64,000 nucleotides of DNA from Cellvibrionales bacterium. GTDB lineage: Bacteria > Pseudomonadota > Gammaproteobacteria > Pseudomonadales > GM7GCV1. The position numbers were made by a program, and so were the translations under genes. Position 1 is the first letter of the stretch. Every line of letters starts with the position of its first letter. The stretch lies in the NCBI GenBank assembly GCA_014323765.1, contig JACONM010000010.1:188125-252124 (forward strand), read 5' to 3'. Below the pieces are notes generated by a model, which did not search any database, was not told where the DNA came from, and saw only the letters and a list, made by a program, of their open reading frames with translations. Shown piece after piece: positions 19,843 to 28,962 of the stretch.

Positions 19843-20688
19843 TCAGACGGACTCTTGAAGCTCCGCCACCGCCTTGCAAATGGTTTGGTAGCGGGCATCG
19901 ATCGACGCATCGCAGTGCCGCATCTGGATATTATCCGGCCAAGTAAATTGATCGTAGCGGTCGGTGTATTTGCGCAAAATGCTACCCTGCCAGCGAATCA
20001 CCCGCACTGGGACCTGAATACGCTGCACATGTTTGGCGTCTTCGTGCATAAACGCCGCCCGATAGGCGCGTCCATAATCGGTACCGGCGCGCATATATTC
20101 CAGCGCAGTGGCGTTGATTAGGGCCGGCGGCGTATTAGGCGGACCGACGCGGTGGGCTTCGTCCTGTTGATACCACGGGAACCATTGATAAAGCCCGGTG
20201 GCTATTTTCCAAATAGTTTGCAAGTGTCTGCCGTCTGGCTGCGGCGATAGGTCCGGCAAATAGTTTTGCAAAATCCGATCGCGTTCTGCGGGTTCAAAAT
20301 GGGCGGCGTTGTCCAATATCAGATAATGCAGCAATTCGGGGTGGGCATTGGCAAAGGCGATGGCAATTTGTGCCCCGGTGGCCGAGCCATACAGCCCCAC
20401 CCGCGTAAAACCCAGTGCGCTTATCGACTCTTTTAGCCATTGCACGTAGCCATTCAGATCATCCCCCGGTTCGGGCAGCGGATCTGAATTGCCGTAGCCT
20501 GGGGTATCTAGGGCGTTCACCTGCGCCTGTGCCTGTGCCGCCAGCCGTTCAATTAGGGGCACCATAAACGCCGAGGACATGGGCGAGGGGTGCAGCAAAA
20601 TAATGGGTGCGCCCGTGCCGGACCGCCGCAAATGGGTTTGGATGCCGGCCGGTAGCGTTAGGTAGGATTTTTTAATTGCTGGATTCAC
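19843..20688 (-). CDS. alpha/beta-fold hydrolase
   Basis: 281 aa with an HPSP oxyanion-type region (APIILLHPSPMSS) and a nucleophile-elbow region that reads LYGSATGAQIA. Confidence 0.7.
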   Translation of the reverse strand: MNPAIKKSYLTLPAGIQTHLRRSGTGAPIILLHPSPMSSAFMVPLIERLAAQAQAQVNALDTPGYGNSDPLPEPGDDLNGYVQWLKESISALGFTRVGLYGSATGAQIAIAFANAHPELLHYLILDNAAHFEPAERDRILQNYLPDLSPQPDGRHLQTIWKIATGLYQWFPWYQQDEAHRVGPPNTPPALINATALEYMRAGTDYGRAYRAAFMHEDAKHVQRIQVPVRVIRWQGSILRKYTDRYDQFTWPDNIQMRHCDASIDARYQTICKAVAELQESV

Positions 20689-22255
20689 TAGTTAAGCCCA
20701 ATGCCCCCGGATTCATGCGGTTATTGGGGTCCAGTGTTCGTTTCAGGGCTTGCACTAACGCATAGGATTCCGTTTGCAAGCCTTGCCGATATTGATAGGC
20801 TTTGCCGATTTGCAAATGCACCGCGCCTTGCTGGCGGAACATTTCGGCCAGTTTCTGACGAATGCTAGTAACCAATTCGCGGGCGGGCAGGTTCTCGGCA
20901 AAGCCTTTTAGCCGCTTGAGGTGGGCCGGTTCCACAGTGCGGCGGTGGATTTCTTGCAATGCGTCCGGCCAGAAAAACACTGGCTCCAGCACCGAACAGT
21001 GGGTGGACACCGTGGCCAGCAAATAGCCCACGCCGATATCGAGTTCATCCAGCTGCTGCCGGTGCTGCGCAAAAATCGCTTCGATCTCATCCATCACCGG
21101 CACCGCCCGCGAATGGGCAACTAAGCCGTGGACCGGCACCCAGCGCTCACCGTGCGGGCCCAGCATATTATTGAGCGGGCCGAAAGGGTTGGCGCGCACC
21201 AGCTTAGGGATGCTGTCCGGTAATTCGCGGCCCTTGTGCTGTTTCACAATAGCGCGGATTTTTTGCAGGCAATGTTGCGCGGACGAATCGGTGTGCTCTT
21301 CGATCATGCTGTGAAAGGACCAGCGCACCGCGTCCATATAGCGGCGCCCAGACAGCGCGACCGTTAGCCCATCCTTAATCGCCGCGCCAACCCCACGCGC
21401 CGATTTCAGCATGCCGGTGAATTGTTGGACATCGCGGGCCAAGCTCTCGCGTTTGAGTCGTTGGCGTTGCAGGTAGGGGTCGAAGCCGAAGCATTCCATG
21501 CTGAGGTTTTGGCGGGAAATTTCCGCCATGGCGGGCAGCATATCCTGGTAGCGGTCAAAGGCGAAGGAGCCAAACGCCCGCGCCGGGTATTCCGGTAGCA
21601 GGCGCAGGGTTAGGGTGGCTTTGATGCCCAGCGCACCGCAATCGCCGGTAAATAGGCCGCTCAGGTCGGGGCCGAAATGCCGAAAGAATGGCGGGGCATT
21701 GCGCTGTGCGGCGGAGCCGGTGCGGATAATGGAGCCGTCGGCGGTGACCACTGCCATCGCCAATACCGAATCCGCCGCTGTGCCAAATTGCCCAGACCCC
21801 CAGAAAATGCTGTTTTGCGACACGCTGCCGCCCACCGAAGCATGCAAGCCCGACAGGGTGCCCCAGTAGGGGGTGCGCAGGCCGCTGCCGCGCAATGCTT
21901 GGTGGAGCGCCTGCCAGCTGATTCCTGCCTCCACCGTCACATACCTATCGGTGGCGTTAATTTCTAGCACCCGCTGCATGCGCGACAGGTCTAATAATAC
22001 GGAATCCTCTTCCTGTGGTATGTAGCCGCCGGTGTAGGACATGCCGCCGCCGCGCGGGACCACCGCTAAGCCATGCTCGGTTGCCGCTTTTACCACCCGC
22101 GCCAGCTGTTCGGTATCGCTGGGGCGGACCACCACCCCTGCGGGCAAGCCGGCGGAAAATACATCTTGGGCGTAGTATTCGCGCTCCAGCGCGGCGGTCA
22201 GCACATTTTCGCTGCCGACAATGGCCGCGAACTGTTTAGTGGGCAGGTCCGCCAT
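20672..22255 (-). CDS. FAD-linked oxidase (PCMH-type FAD-binding, GlcD-like)
   Basis: 527 aa. The N-terminal FAD-binding segment is VVRPSDTEQLARVVKAATEHGLAVVPRGGGMSYTGG. Confidence 0.8.
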   Translation of the reverse strand: MADLPTKQFAAIVGSENVLTAALEREYYAQDVFSAGLPAGVVVRPSDTEQLARVVKAATEHGLAVVPRGGGMSYTGGYIPQEEDSVLLDLSRMQRVLEINATDRYVTVEAGISWQALHQALRGSGLRTPYWGTLSGLHASVGGSVSQNSIFWGSGQFGTAADSVLAMAVVTADGSIIRTGSAAQRNAPPFFRHFGPDLSGLFTGDCGALGIKATLTLRLLPEYPARAFGSFAFDRYQDMLPAMAEISRQNLSMECFGFDPYLQRQRLKRESLARDVQQFTGMLKSARGVGAAIKDGLTVALSGRRYMDAVRWSFHSMIEEHTDSSAQHCLQKIRAIVKQHKGRELPDSIPKLVRANPFGPLNNMLGPHGERWVPVHGLVAHSRAVPVMDEIEAIFAQHRQQLDELDIGVGYLLATVSTHCSVLEPVFFWPDALQEIHRRTVEPAHLKRLKGFAENLPARELVTSIRQKLAEMFRQQGAVHLQIGKAYQYRQGLQTESYALVQALKRTLDPNNRMNPGALGLTSESSN

Positions 22256-23513
22256 GCGTTTGGCTGCTTTCTACTGTCAGAATCGATAGATCGGATGCGC
22301 TCAATAGCTCAAACCCGCTCTCGGTGATGCGCACTGTGTCTTCCACATGCACGGATCCCCAGCCAATTTCCGTGTGTGGCATGTCTATGTTGATGACCAT
22401 GTTGGGCTGCAAGGTTTGATCTAGCTTGGTTTGGGGTTGTACGCCGAAGGGTTTGGGGTCGTCGGTGTGTTCCAGCCCTAAGCCATGGACGATCGGGTCG
22501 CGGAAGTGTTCGAAGCCGCCGGCGCGGACGGCATCGCCGATCTGCTGTGCCAGCTCGCTGTAGCGAATGCCCGGGCGTAGCAGGCTTTGCGCCACTTCCC
22601 ACCCCAGACAAAGGCCGGCGTGGAGTCGCTGGTGTTTGGCGGTCGGCTCGCCGAAAACGGCGCAGCGGCCGAAATCGCCGTGGTAGTGTTGATATTGCCC
22701 CAGCGCATCCAGCATTATCGGCTCGTTGCGGCGTACTTTGCGGGCGGGTAGCTCACCCAGCCCGCACATCAAATACACCCCGCGGCCGCCCTGCTGCGCC
22801 ATTTCCGTCATATAGACGGCCTGCAATTCCTGCCAACTTGCGCTGGCGTAAAAGGCGTTCGCCGCCGCTATTAGGGCTTGCTCATTGATGCGGGCCGCCT
22901 TGCGCATTATTTCGATTTCATCCGCGGTTTTGAGCATGCGGATTTCATTAAACAGCTGCGGGTTATAGACGCAGTCCAGATCCTCCACACCGATGCTGCG
23001 TAGCCAGAGGTCGATGCGCAGGTCGTCGACGATCACCCGCTGGCCGTGTAGGTCGGCGGCTTTGATGGCGCGGGCTAGGGCCCAGAAAGCATCGGGGGAC
23101 ATGTCATGGCCCTTGCGTTGCACCGCCTGCACCCAGCGTTTTTCCAGCGGTTGCAATTCGCCGCTGCCGGGGAGCCAGCCGGCGTAGTCTTGGCCTTTGG
23201 GGGTGTGGTCCGGTAACAGCTGCTGCTCATCGGCGGGGCTGGAATAGGCGAAGATGTTGGGCATCCAAGTGGCGGGGCGATCGGTGCCCTTGGTTTCTAG
23301 GCGGCGAAGTTCTAGGGCGGGGACGATTAGGGCGGAGGGGGCTTGTGCATGCCGGGTAAATAAGCTGAGGTAGGCCCCTTCGTAGCCGGTCGGATAATTG
23401 AAGAAGCCCCAATAATCGCTGAGGTAATACTGGTTTATTGGGGTGTGGGCAAGCAATGCCGCCGCGCCCTCGCGGTCGAGTAATTCGCAGGCGCGGGGTT
23501 TGTTTAGCAGCAT
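22236..23513 (-). CDS. M24-family metallohydrolase (creatinase / Xaa-Pro peptidase / ectoine hydrolase-like)
   Basis: 425 aa with pita-bread fold motifs YHGDFGRC, VHGLGLEHTDDP and NIDMPHTEIGWGSVHVEDTVRITE. Confidence 0.75.
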   Translation of the reverse strand: MLLNKPRACELLDREGAAALLAHTPINQYYLSDYWGFFNYPTGYEGAYLSLFTRHAQAPSALIVPALELRRLETKGTDRPATWMPNIFAYSSPADEQQLLPDHTPKGQDYAGWLPGSGELQPLEKRWVQAVQRKGHDMSPDAFWALARAIKAADLHGQRVIVDDLRIDLWLRSIGVEDLDCVYNPQLFNEIRMLKTADEIEIMRKAARINEQALIAAANAFYASASWQELQAVYMTEMAQQGGRGVYLMCGLGELPARKVRRNEPIMLDALGQYQHYHGDFGRCAVFGEPTAKHQRLHAGLCLGWEVAQSLLRPGIRYSELAQQIGDAVRAGGFEHFRDPIVHGLGLEHTDDPKPFGVQPQTKLDQTLQPNMVINIDMPHTEIGWGSVHVEDTVRITESGFELLSASDLSILTVESSQTHGGPAH

Positions 23514-23597
23514 GGGGTGCTTGCTCGGTGTTCAAGCCTTAATTGGGGCGGGGGATAAAAGCAACGAGGCGGCGAATGCGGAAGTTGGGAAGTCGGT

Positions 23598-23639
23598 GTA
23601 TAAACAAACCCACCGAGCCAGCGATTGCTGGCCCGGTGG
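23598..23639 (-). terminator. rho-independent terminator candidate downstream of TBDR-1
   Basis: The hairpin CCACCG-A-GCCAGC-GATT-GCTGGC-C-CGGTGG (23610..23639) has 12 bp with one mismatch. On the minus strand it is followed by TTTGTTTATA and begins 11 nt after the TBDR stop. Confidence 0.5.
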
Positions 23640-23649
23640 ATTGGGTGGG

Positions 23650-26277
23650 TTAGTTGAAGGTTTTGGAGAGGCGCAGGCCGATTTGGCGTTGGTCGCGGAG
23701 TGCCACATGTACGCTTTCCCGAAAAAAGTCATAAGCAGTGGCAGGGAGGTTACGAGTCCTCACATATGCGCCGGTATCAGCGATATTGTTGCCGGCAGTG
23801 GGGGCGTTTTCATTGGTCAGGTTGGTCACGTAAAACTCCATGCTCAGAGAATCGCGGCGAATTCCACTTCGCAGGTTTATCTCGGTCGATCTGGGGAGCT
23901 TGCTAAGATTGGCGTTGGATCCAAAATATGAACCGGTGTAATAGATGTCACTGCGCAAATACCAGTCGGCACTCTGATCGGCGACTGTTACCGGGCGGGT
24001 GTAGGTGCTACTCAGCGATGCCGTCCACTCAGGGAAGCGCGGTGGTCGCTGCCCTTTGGGATTCTGGTCAAGCCCAAAGATGTCGCTAAAATCACCGGCA
24101 CCTGCCCCTTCCGGGAAGGAATCTATCTCGGAACGGACATAGGCTAGGGTTCCCGCAAGAAGCAGGCTGTCGGTAGCTTGCCAAGAGCCGTCTAATTCCA
24201 GACCGAGAATATTGCTGGTAGCACCATTAGCATTGAATTCTACCGTATTGGTAACGGCAGCACTGGGAACCGGATTTGTTCGTGAGCGGCGTGCCGTGAC
24301 CGTCTCAAATGCACTGTATATTTGATCTTCCCGCTCCATATAAAAGGCTGCAAGACTGTAGGCTAGGCGACCGTTCCAGGCGGTTTGCTTCAACCCCAAT
24401 TCGTAGTTAGTGAGCGTCTCCTCATCGTATTCAGCAGTCACTCCCGGGGCTTGCCTGTTGAATTGCTCTAGCCGAGTGAGTATCAGCGTGGCATCCTCTC
24501 CCCCAGCCGGGTCCGGGATGTTTGTCGGCAAGTTCTCTGTATTGTCGAGGCGAGCTACCTGTGTATTAAAGCCACCAGGAAAGTTGCCAACACTATAGCT
24601 GGCATAGAGCATGGTGTCATCAAAGGGGCGATATTGGAGCAGTATGCGGGGCAAAAATTCTTTGTAAGTCTCATTAGGACTAAACCTGCCGATTGCTGAA
24701 GTTTCGTGTACGACAGTATCGCTGATTTCATCTTCCTGCTGGCGAGCTTCCAATATCAACTTCCACTGCTCATTAAGACGGTAGTCTATGGATCCAAATA
24801 CTCCGGTCGTCTCGGCGGTGGCGGGATCGAGCGGGTCATATAGCGAACTAAGCGCAAATCCAAATATACCTAATGGATCGTAAAATCCGCCTGCGCTACT
24901 GGTTTCAACATCTACGAGACTGACACCGAGAGACCAATTTAATTGATCGTCATAGAGAGCACTGCCCGACACCCGCACTTCAAGCCCCTTATCTTCAGTT
25001 TTGCGCACACCGCGAGATATAAAACCCGCCGGGTCTCCAGACACTGGCCGCCCGAATCGTCCGAAAGTGAAAGTTCCTGGTGGTGCCAGATCAGGGGTGG
25101 CATCAAAATCAATCATATAAAGATACTGGTCTTCATTGATATTGGCCAACACATCTAGCCGCAGAGAATCGACAATGTCATAGGAGGTGACAACAGAAAA
25201 CCGGTATCCTTCGCGCAATAAGCCAAAACCACCTAGGTCGTCGAAATCAATGTCATGGAAATTGACTGGCCTGCGATCACTTAAGATGCGAGCCGTTACT
25301 TCGTCGTAGTGAGCCTTGCTGGTGTTCAGTCCGATTTCAGACGGGGGGGGGGGGGATATCGTCCCTCTAAATTCAGTTTCCCCGCCAGAACATGCCGCCA
25401 GCAACGCAACCCCGCGCAAGTTATTCGGATTCCCGGCGGCACAGAAGTTATGGTCTGCCAGACCGGCGCGGCGAATGACGGCGGCGGGGCCGTCCTCATC
25501 GCGGTAGAAATTACCGCGCACTCGTATGTTGAGTTGTTCGATGGGTTCAAACTGTAATACGCCGCCTAGCGCCATGCTTTCTTCGCGGCCTAGGCGTTGC
25601 TTTTCGGCCGCGGCTTGGGGATCGACATTGTGCCAGTGGCCGTCTTTCTCGCGGGAATTGGCGTAGAGCCGACCGCCGAGGTTGTGTAGTAAGGGACCTT
25701 CGACGCTGGCGCGGAAATCGCGCTCGCCGCGGGGTCCGACATCCATGGAGAGATGTACGGCGGGTTCATCGGCGGGGGCTCTGGTGATGTAGTTGATCGC
25801 CCCGGAGAAGGTGTTGCGCCCGAAGAGGGCGGATTGGGGGCCTTTGATAACTTCGACTCGCTCTAGTTCCTGCACATCGATACTGTACAGCCCGCCGGTC
25901 ACCACCATGCCATCGACAAAAATGCCCGCCGTGCGGCGCAGGGGGCTAGTGCTATCCACGACAACGCCCCGGAAACGCGGCGAGACACTGATTCTGGCAG
26001 GCTCGTTATTCATGGATTCAATAAAAACACCAGGCGATGCCTTGGAAACGTCGACGATGTCATTGAAAGCGGCGGCTTCGATCTGCTGGGAATCGAAGGC
26101 GGTGATGGAGATGGGCACGTCTTGGATGGACTGCTCCTGCTTGCGGGCGGTGACCGTGAGCTCTTCGAGCATGATGGCTTCCTGCGCGTGGAGTGCTGCG
26201 CCGGGCAAGGCGAGGAGAATCGCCAGCGTTGCGGCTGCGGTGCGTGATATGAGACGGGTTGAATTTGCAAAGTTCAT
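23650..26277 (-). CDS. TonB-dependent receptor (TBDR-1)
   Basis: Refined start is the ATG at 26277, with GGAGG 8 nt upstream. It has a signal peptide ...ALPGAALHAQE, plug-domain sequence (EELTVTARKQEQSIQDVPISIT, VEVIKGPQSALFGRN), and a C-terminus LRLSKTFN. Confidence 0.9.
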   Translation of the reverse strand: MNFANSTRLISRTAAATLAILLALPGAALHAQEAIMLEELTVTARKQEQSIQDVPISITAFDSQQIEAAAFNDIVDVSKASPGVFIESMNNEPARISVSPRFRGVVVDSTSPLRRTAGIFVDGMVVTGGLYSIDVQELERVEVIKGPQSALFGRNTFSGAINYITRAPADEPAVHLSMDVGPRGERDFRASVEGPLLHNLGGRLYANSREKDGHWHNVDPQAAAEKQRLGREESMALGGVLQFEPIEQLNIRVRGNFYRDEDGPAAVIRRAGLADHNFCAAGNPNNLRGVALLAACSGGETEFRGTISPPPPSEIGLNTSKAHYDEVTARILSDRRPVNFHDIDFDDLGGFGLLREGYRFSVVTSYDIVDSLRLDVLANINEDQYLYMIDFDATPDLAPPGTFTFGRFGRPVSGDPAGFISRGVRKTEDKGLEVRVSGSALYDDQLNWSLGVSLVDVETSSAGGFYDPLGIFGFALSSLYDPLDPATAETTGVFGSIDYRLNEQWKLILEARQQEDEISDTVVHETSAIGRFSPNETYKEFLPRILLQYRPFDDTMLYASYSVGNFPGGFNTQVARLDNTENLPTNIPDPAGGEDATLILTRLEQFNRQAPGVTAEYDEETLTNYELGLKQTAWNGRLAYSLAAFYMEREDQIYSAFETVTARRSRTNPVPSAAVTNTVEFNANGATSNILGLELDGSWQATDSLLLAGTLAYVRSEIDSFPEGAGAGDFSDIFGLDQNPKGQRPPRFPEWTASLSSTYTRPVTVADQSADWYLRSDIYYTGSYFGSNANLSKLPRSTEINLRSGIRRDSLSMEFYVTNLTNENAPTAGNNIADTGAYVRTRNLPATAYDFFRESVHVALRDQRQIGLRLSKTFN
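25343..25355. repeat. 13-nt G homopolymer (C13 on the coding strand) inside TBDR-1, read in frame
   Basis: Counted directly: 8 G in block 25341-50 plus 5 G in block 25351-60. It is translated as S-P-P-P-P in ...GTISPPPPSEIG.... Confidence 0.95.
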
Positions 26278-26435
26278 GGATGAATCCTCCATTTTCTGCT
26301 TGCAGTGATTGCGTTGTGATAGTAGAGCAGACCGGATGCTGCTTTGTATCCCCTTATATCCGCCGGATTGTGGCGCATTGCGGGGGGTTAGTCAACCTTT
26401 CTTTACATTTTTATGCCGAAATAATTGATGTTTTT

Positions 26436-27863
26436 TTAGGAAATCTGGCCTTCGGCGAATATGTCTATCGATAGGGCGGGGGCGGTTTGGTAGAGGAGGG
26501 CGCGGTGGCGTAGGAAGCGCGTTAGGCCGACTGTGCCCATGCGGGAGCCGCCGAGGCCGGAACAGCCGAAGGAATTTTTTGGCACATCGGTGACTACGGC
26601 GGTGAGGCTGGCATCGTTGATGCTGACTGCGCCGGCGTGGATTTGGGCGGCGAGCTGTTCGGCTTCGGTGCGATCGGTGCTGAAAACGGCGGCGGAGAGG
26701 CCGAATTCGCTGTTGTTGGCCAGTTCTAGAGCTTGTTTGGGGGTGCTGAAGGGTATGACGGGGAGGATCGGGCCGAAGGTTTCCTCTTGGAGGATGCGCA
26801 TGTCGGGGGACAGGTTGCTGAGTACGGTGGGGGGGTACCAGATGCCGCCGTGGTCGATGGGCTGGCCGCCGCAGTGGATGGTGGCGCCTTTGGCTTTGGC
26901 GTCGGCGATTTGGGATTGGATGATTTTGGCTTGGGGGGCGTAGATTAGCGGGCCGATCTGGCCGCTGTCGATGTCGGGCCAGTTGATTTGGATCTGTTGG
27001 CATTTGGCGATGAGGAGGTCGAGGGTGGCTTGGTAGCGGCTTTGGTGGACGTAGATGCGCTCTAGCGATTGGCAGGCTTGGCCGGTCATGCCGATGGCAC
27101 TGCGGACGATGGCGGTGGTGGCGTTGTCGATGTCTGCCGATTCGAGAACTATGGCGGGGTCTTTGCCGCCGAGCTCTAGGAAGGCGGGGATTAAGCGGCG
27201 GGCGGCATGTTTTGCCACTTTGCGGCCGGTGGCGACGCTGCCGGTGAAGCAGATGGCGTCTGCTTGGTCGATGATTGCTTGGCCGGTGTCGGCGGCACCG
27301 GTGACTATTCCCAGCACATCTTGCAGGCCCGCGATGCCTTGTAGGCTGGCTTGGAGCGGTGCGGCAAAGCGGGGGGTAATTTCGCTGGGTTTGAGCAGAC
27401 ACGCGCAGCCGGCCAGCAGGGCGGGGATGGTGTCGATCAGGCCGAGGATCAGCGGTACGTTCCAGGGGCTGATGATGCCGACTAGGGGGTAGGGGATGAG
27501 TTTGTGGCGGTATTCGACGCTGGGTACTAGGGCGGAGCGGGCGGCGGGTTTTTCCGCCAGCAGGTGCGGGGCTTGGTTTAGCCAGTGGTCGACTATTTCG
27601 AGGATTTTGCGTAGCTCAAAATGGGCGAAGGTGCGGCGACCGGTGTCGGCGCAGAGGGCTTGGGCGATGGCGGGGCCGTGGTCTTCCAGCTGTTGCCGCC
27701 AAGCGGCCAGCTGGGCGCAACGGTATTCTAGGCCCGCTTGCTGCCAGGATTGCTGGGCGGTGCGCAGGGCGGTGGCGCGTTTGGCAATTTCGGCGGGGGG
27801 GTAGTTGTCGATCTGGAAGTCTGGCTGGCCGGTGCGGGGGTTGAGGACGGGGATTTTTTTCAT
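26436..27863 (-). CDS. NAD(P)-dependent aldehyde dehydrogenase
   Basis: 475 aa with FLELGGKDPAIV and the catalytic Cys region MTGQACQSLERIYV. Confidence 0.85.
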   Translation of the reverse strand: MKKIPVLNPRTGQPDFQIDNYPPAEIAKRATALRTAQQSWQQAGLEYRCAQLAAWRQQLEDHGPAIAQALCADTGRRTFAHFELRKILEIVDHWLNQAPHLLAEKPAARSALVPSVEYRHKLIPYPLVGIISPWNVPLILGLIDTIPALLAGCACLLKPSEITPRFAAPLQASLQGIAGLQDVLGIVTGAADTGQAIIDQADAICFTGSVATGRKVAKHAARRLIPAFLELGGKDPAIVLESADIDNATTAIVRSAIGMTGQACQSLERIYVHQSRYQATLDLLIAKCQQIQINWPDIDSGQIGPLIYAPQAKIIQSQIADAKAKGATIHCGGQPIDHGGIWYPPTVLSNLSPDMRILQEETFGPILPVIPFSTPKQALELANNSEFGLSAAVFSTDRTEAEQLAAQIHAGAVSINDASLTAVVTDVPKNSFGCSGLGGSRMGTVGLTRFLRHRALLYQTAPALSIDIFAEGQIS

Positions 27864-27966
27864 AGTGGCTGCGGCGGGTGGGCGGGGCGGTGTAGGGCAT
27901 TGAGCATGCTACACTGCGACGGCTTTATTAGGGCGGTGGGATGATAGCAGGTTGGAGGTTTGGGCT

Positions 27967-28962
27967 ATGTGGATGTTTTTTGCGCGTTTGTTAGCGGGTT
28001 GGCTTGCGCTGGCAGGGCTGGCTGGGTGCCAAAGTATGGCGGCGCGGCAGGGGCCGGCGGAGGGGGATTTGGGGCATTTTTTGGGCTGGTTTGCCGGCGA
28101 ATACAATAACTATGAGCAGGTCTGGCAGCAGGCGGAAGATGGCGTGGCGGCAGAGGACCGCCACGAGCACATTCACCATATTTTCAAGCGAGTGGCGGCC
28201 CCGGCGGTGGGCGAGCATGTGTTTTTCGTCCGGCAGTATATGGATGGCGATTATGAGCGGGTCTACCGCCAGCGGCTGTATCGCTTCAGCCGCGAGGGGG
28301 ATGCCATTCGGCTGAGCATTTACCGGTTTGCCGATGAGGCGCGCTATCGCGATACTGATCAGAGACCGGAACTGGTGCGTGATCTAGAGCTAAGCGAGCT
28401 GAGCACCATGCCGGGCTGCGATGTTTTTTGGCGGTGGCAGGGGGACCATTATTTGGGCGAGATGCGCGAGGGAGCATGCTTTTATCATTCCACCCGCATG
28501 AAGAAGGACATTTACATCACCGATACCCTGAAACTGACCGCCGATGAGATCTGGATTGGCGATAAGGCGTTTGATGCGGAGGGCAATCGGCTGTTCGGGC
28601 GCGATGAGCCGCATAAAAATCGCAAGGTGCGCTACTTTGTTGGCTGGGCGGCGATCAACAACGGTGTTTTGGATGCCGATTCTGCCGACCCGGACGGTAT
28701 GCAGATCTATCGCGGGGTGCGGTTGCATAATGAGGGGCAGCGGTTGGCGTTGATTGGGGCGGATGGGGCGGATAGTGGCTATCGCATTGAGTTGGCGCGA
28801 TTGACCGAGCAGCGCACTGGTACTGCGGTGCTGAAATTGGGGCTGTGGCGGGACGGGGAGGAGAAAGCCTTTACTTATACTTGGACGAATCCGGGGGCTG
28901 AGCGGGTGGGGATTAATTTGCGTTGGATGCAGGTGGGGCTGGTGGCGGAGGCGGTACCGTGA
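27967..28962 (+). CDS. CpcT/CpeT-like (DUF1001) lipoprotein
   Basis: Refined start is the ATG at 27967, with GGAGG 8 nt upstream. It has the lipobox LAGLAGC. The motif WFAGEYNNYEQ plus the RQRLYRF region resembles the chromophore-lyase CpcT family. Confidence 0.55.
   Translation: MWMFFARLLAGWLALAGLAGCQSMAARQGPAEGDLGHFLGWFAGEYNNYEQVWQQAEDGVAAEDRHEHIHHIFKRVAAPAVGEHVFFVRQYMDGDYERVYRQRLYRFSREGDAIRLSIYRFADEARYRDTDQRPELVRDLELSELSTMPGCDVFWRWQGDHYLGEMREGACFYHSTRMKKDIYITDTLKLTADEIWIGDKAFDAEGNRLFGRDEPHKNRKVRYFVGWAAINNGVLDADSADPDGMQIYRGVRLHNEGQRLALIGADGADSGYRIELARLTEQRTGTAVLKLGLWRDGEEKAFTYTWTNPGAERVGINLRWMQVGLVAEAVP

Noticed and set aside
26293-26435. Fur box or cobalamin riboswitch upstream of TBDR-1 (and similarly 62654..62791 for TBDR-3)
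   Set aside because: I could align no convincing 19-bp Fur consensus (only AATAATTGAT-like fragments) and found no B12-box. The receptors sit in catabolic rather than iron or cobalamin contexts.
26392-27402. 336-aa Pro/Arg/His-rich ORF on the same strand as the aldehyde dehydrogenase
   Set aside because: It is an alternative frame of a gene with clear ALDH motifs. The repetitive P/R/H composition is what a shifted frame of GC-rich codons produces, and there is no independent start context.
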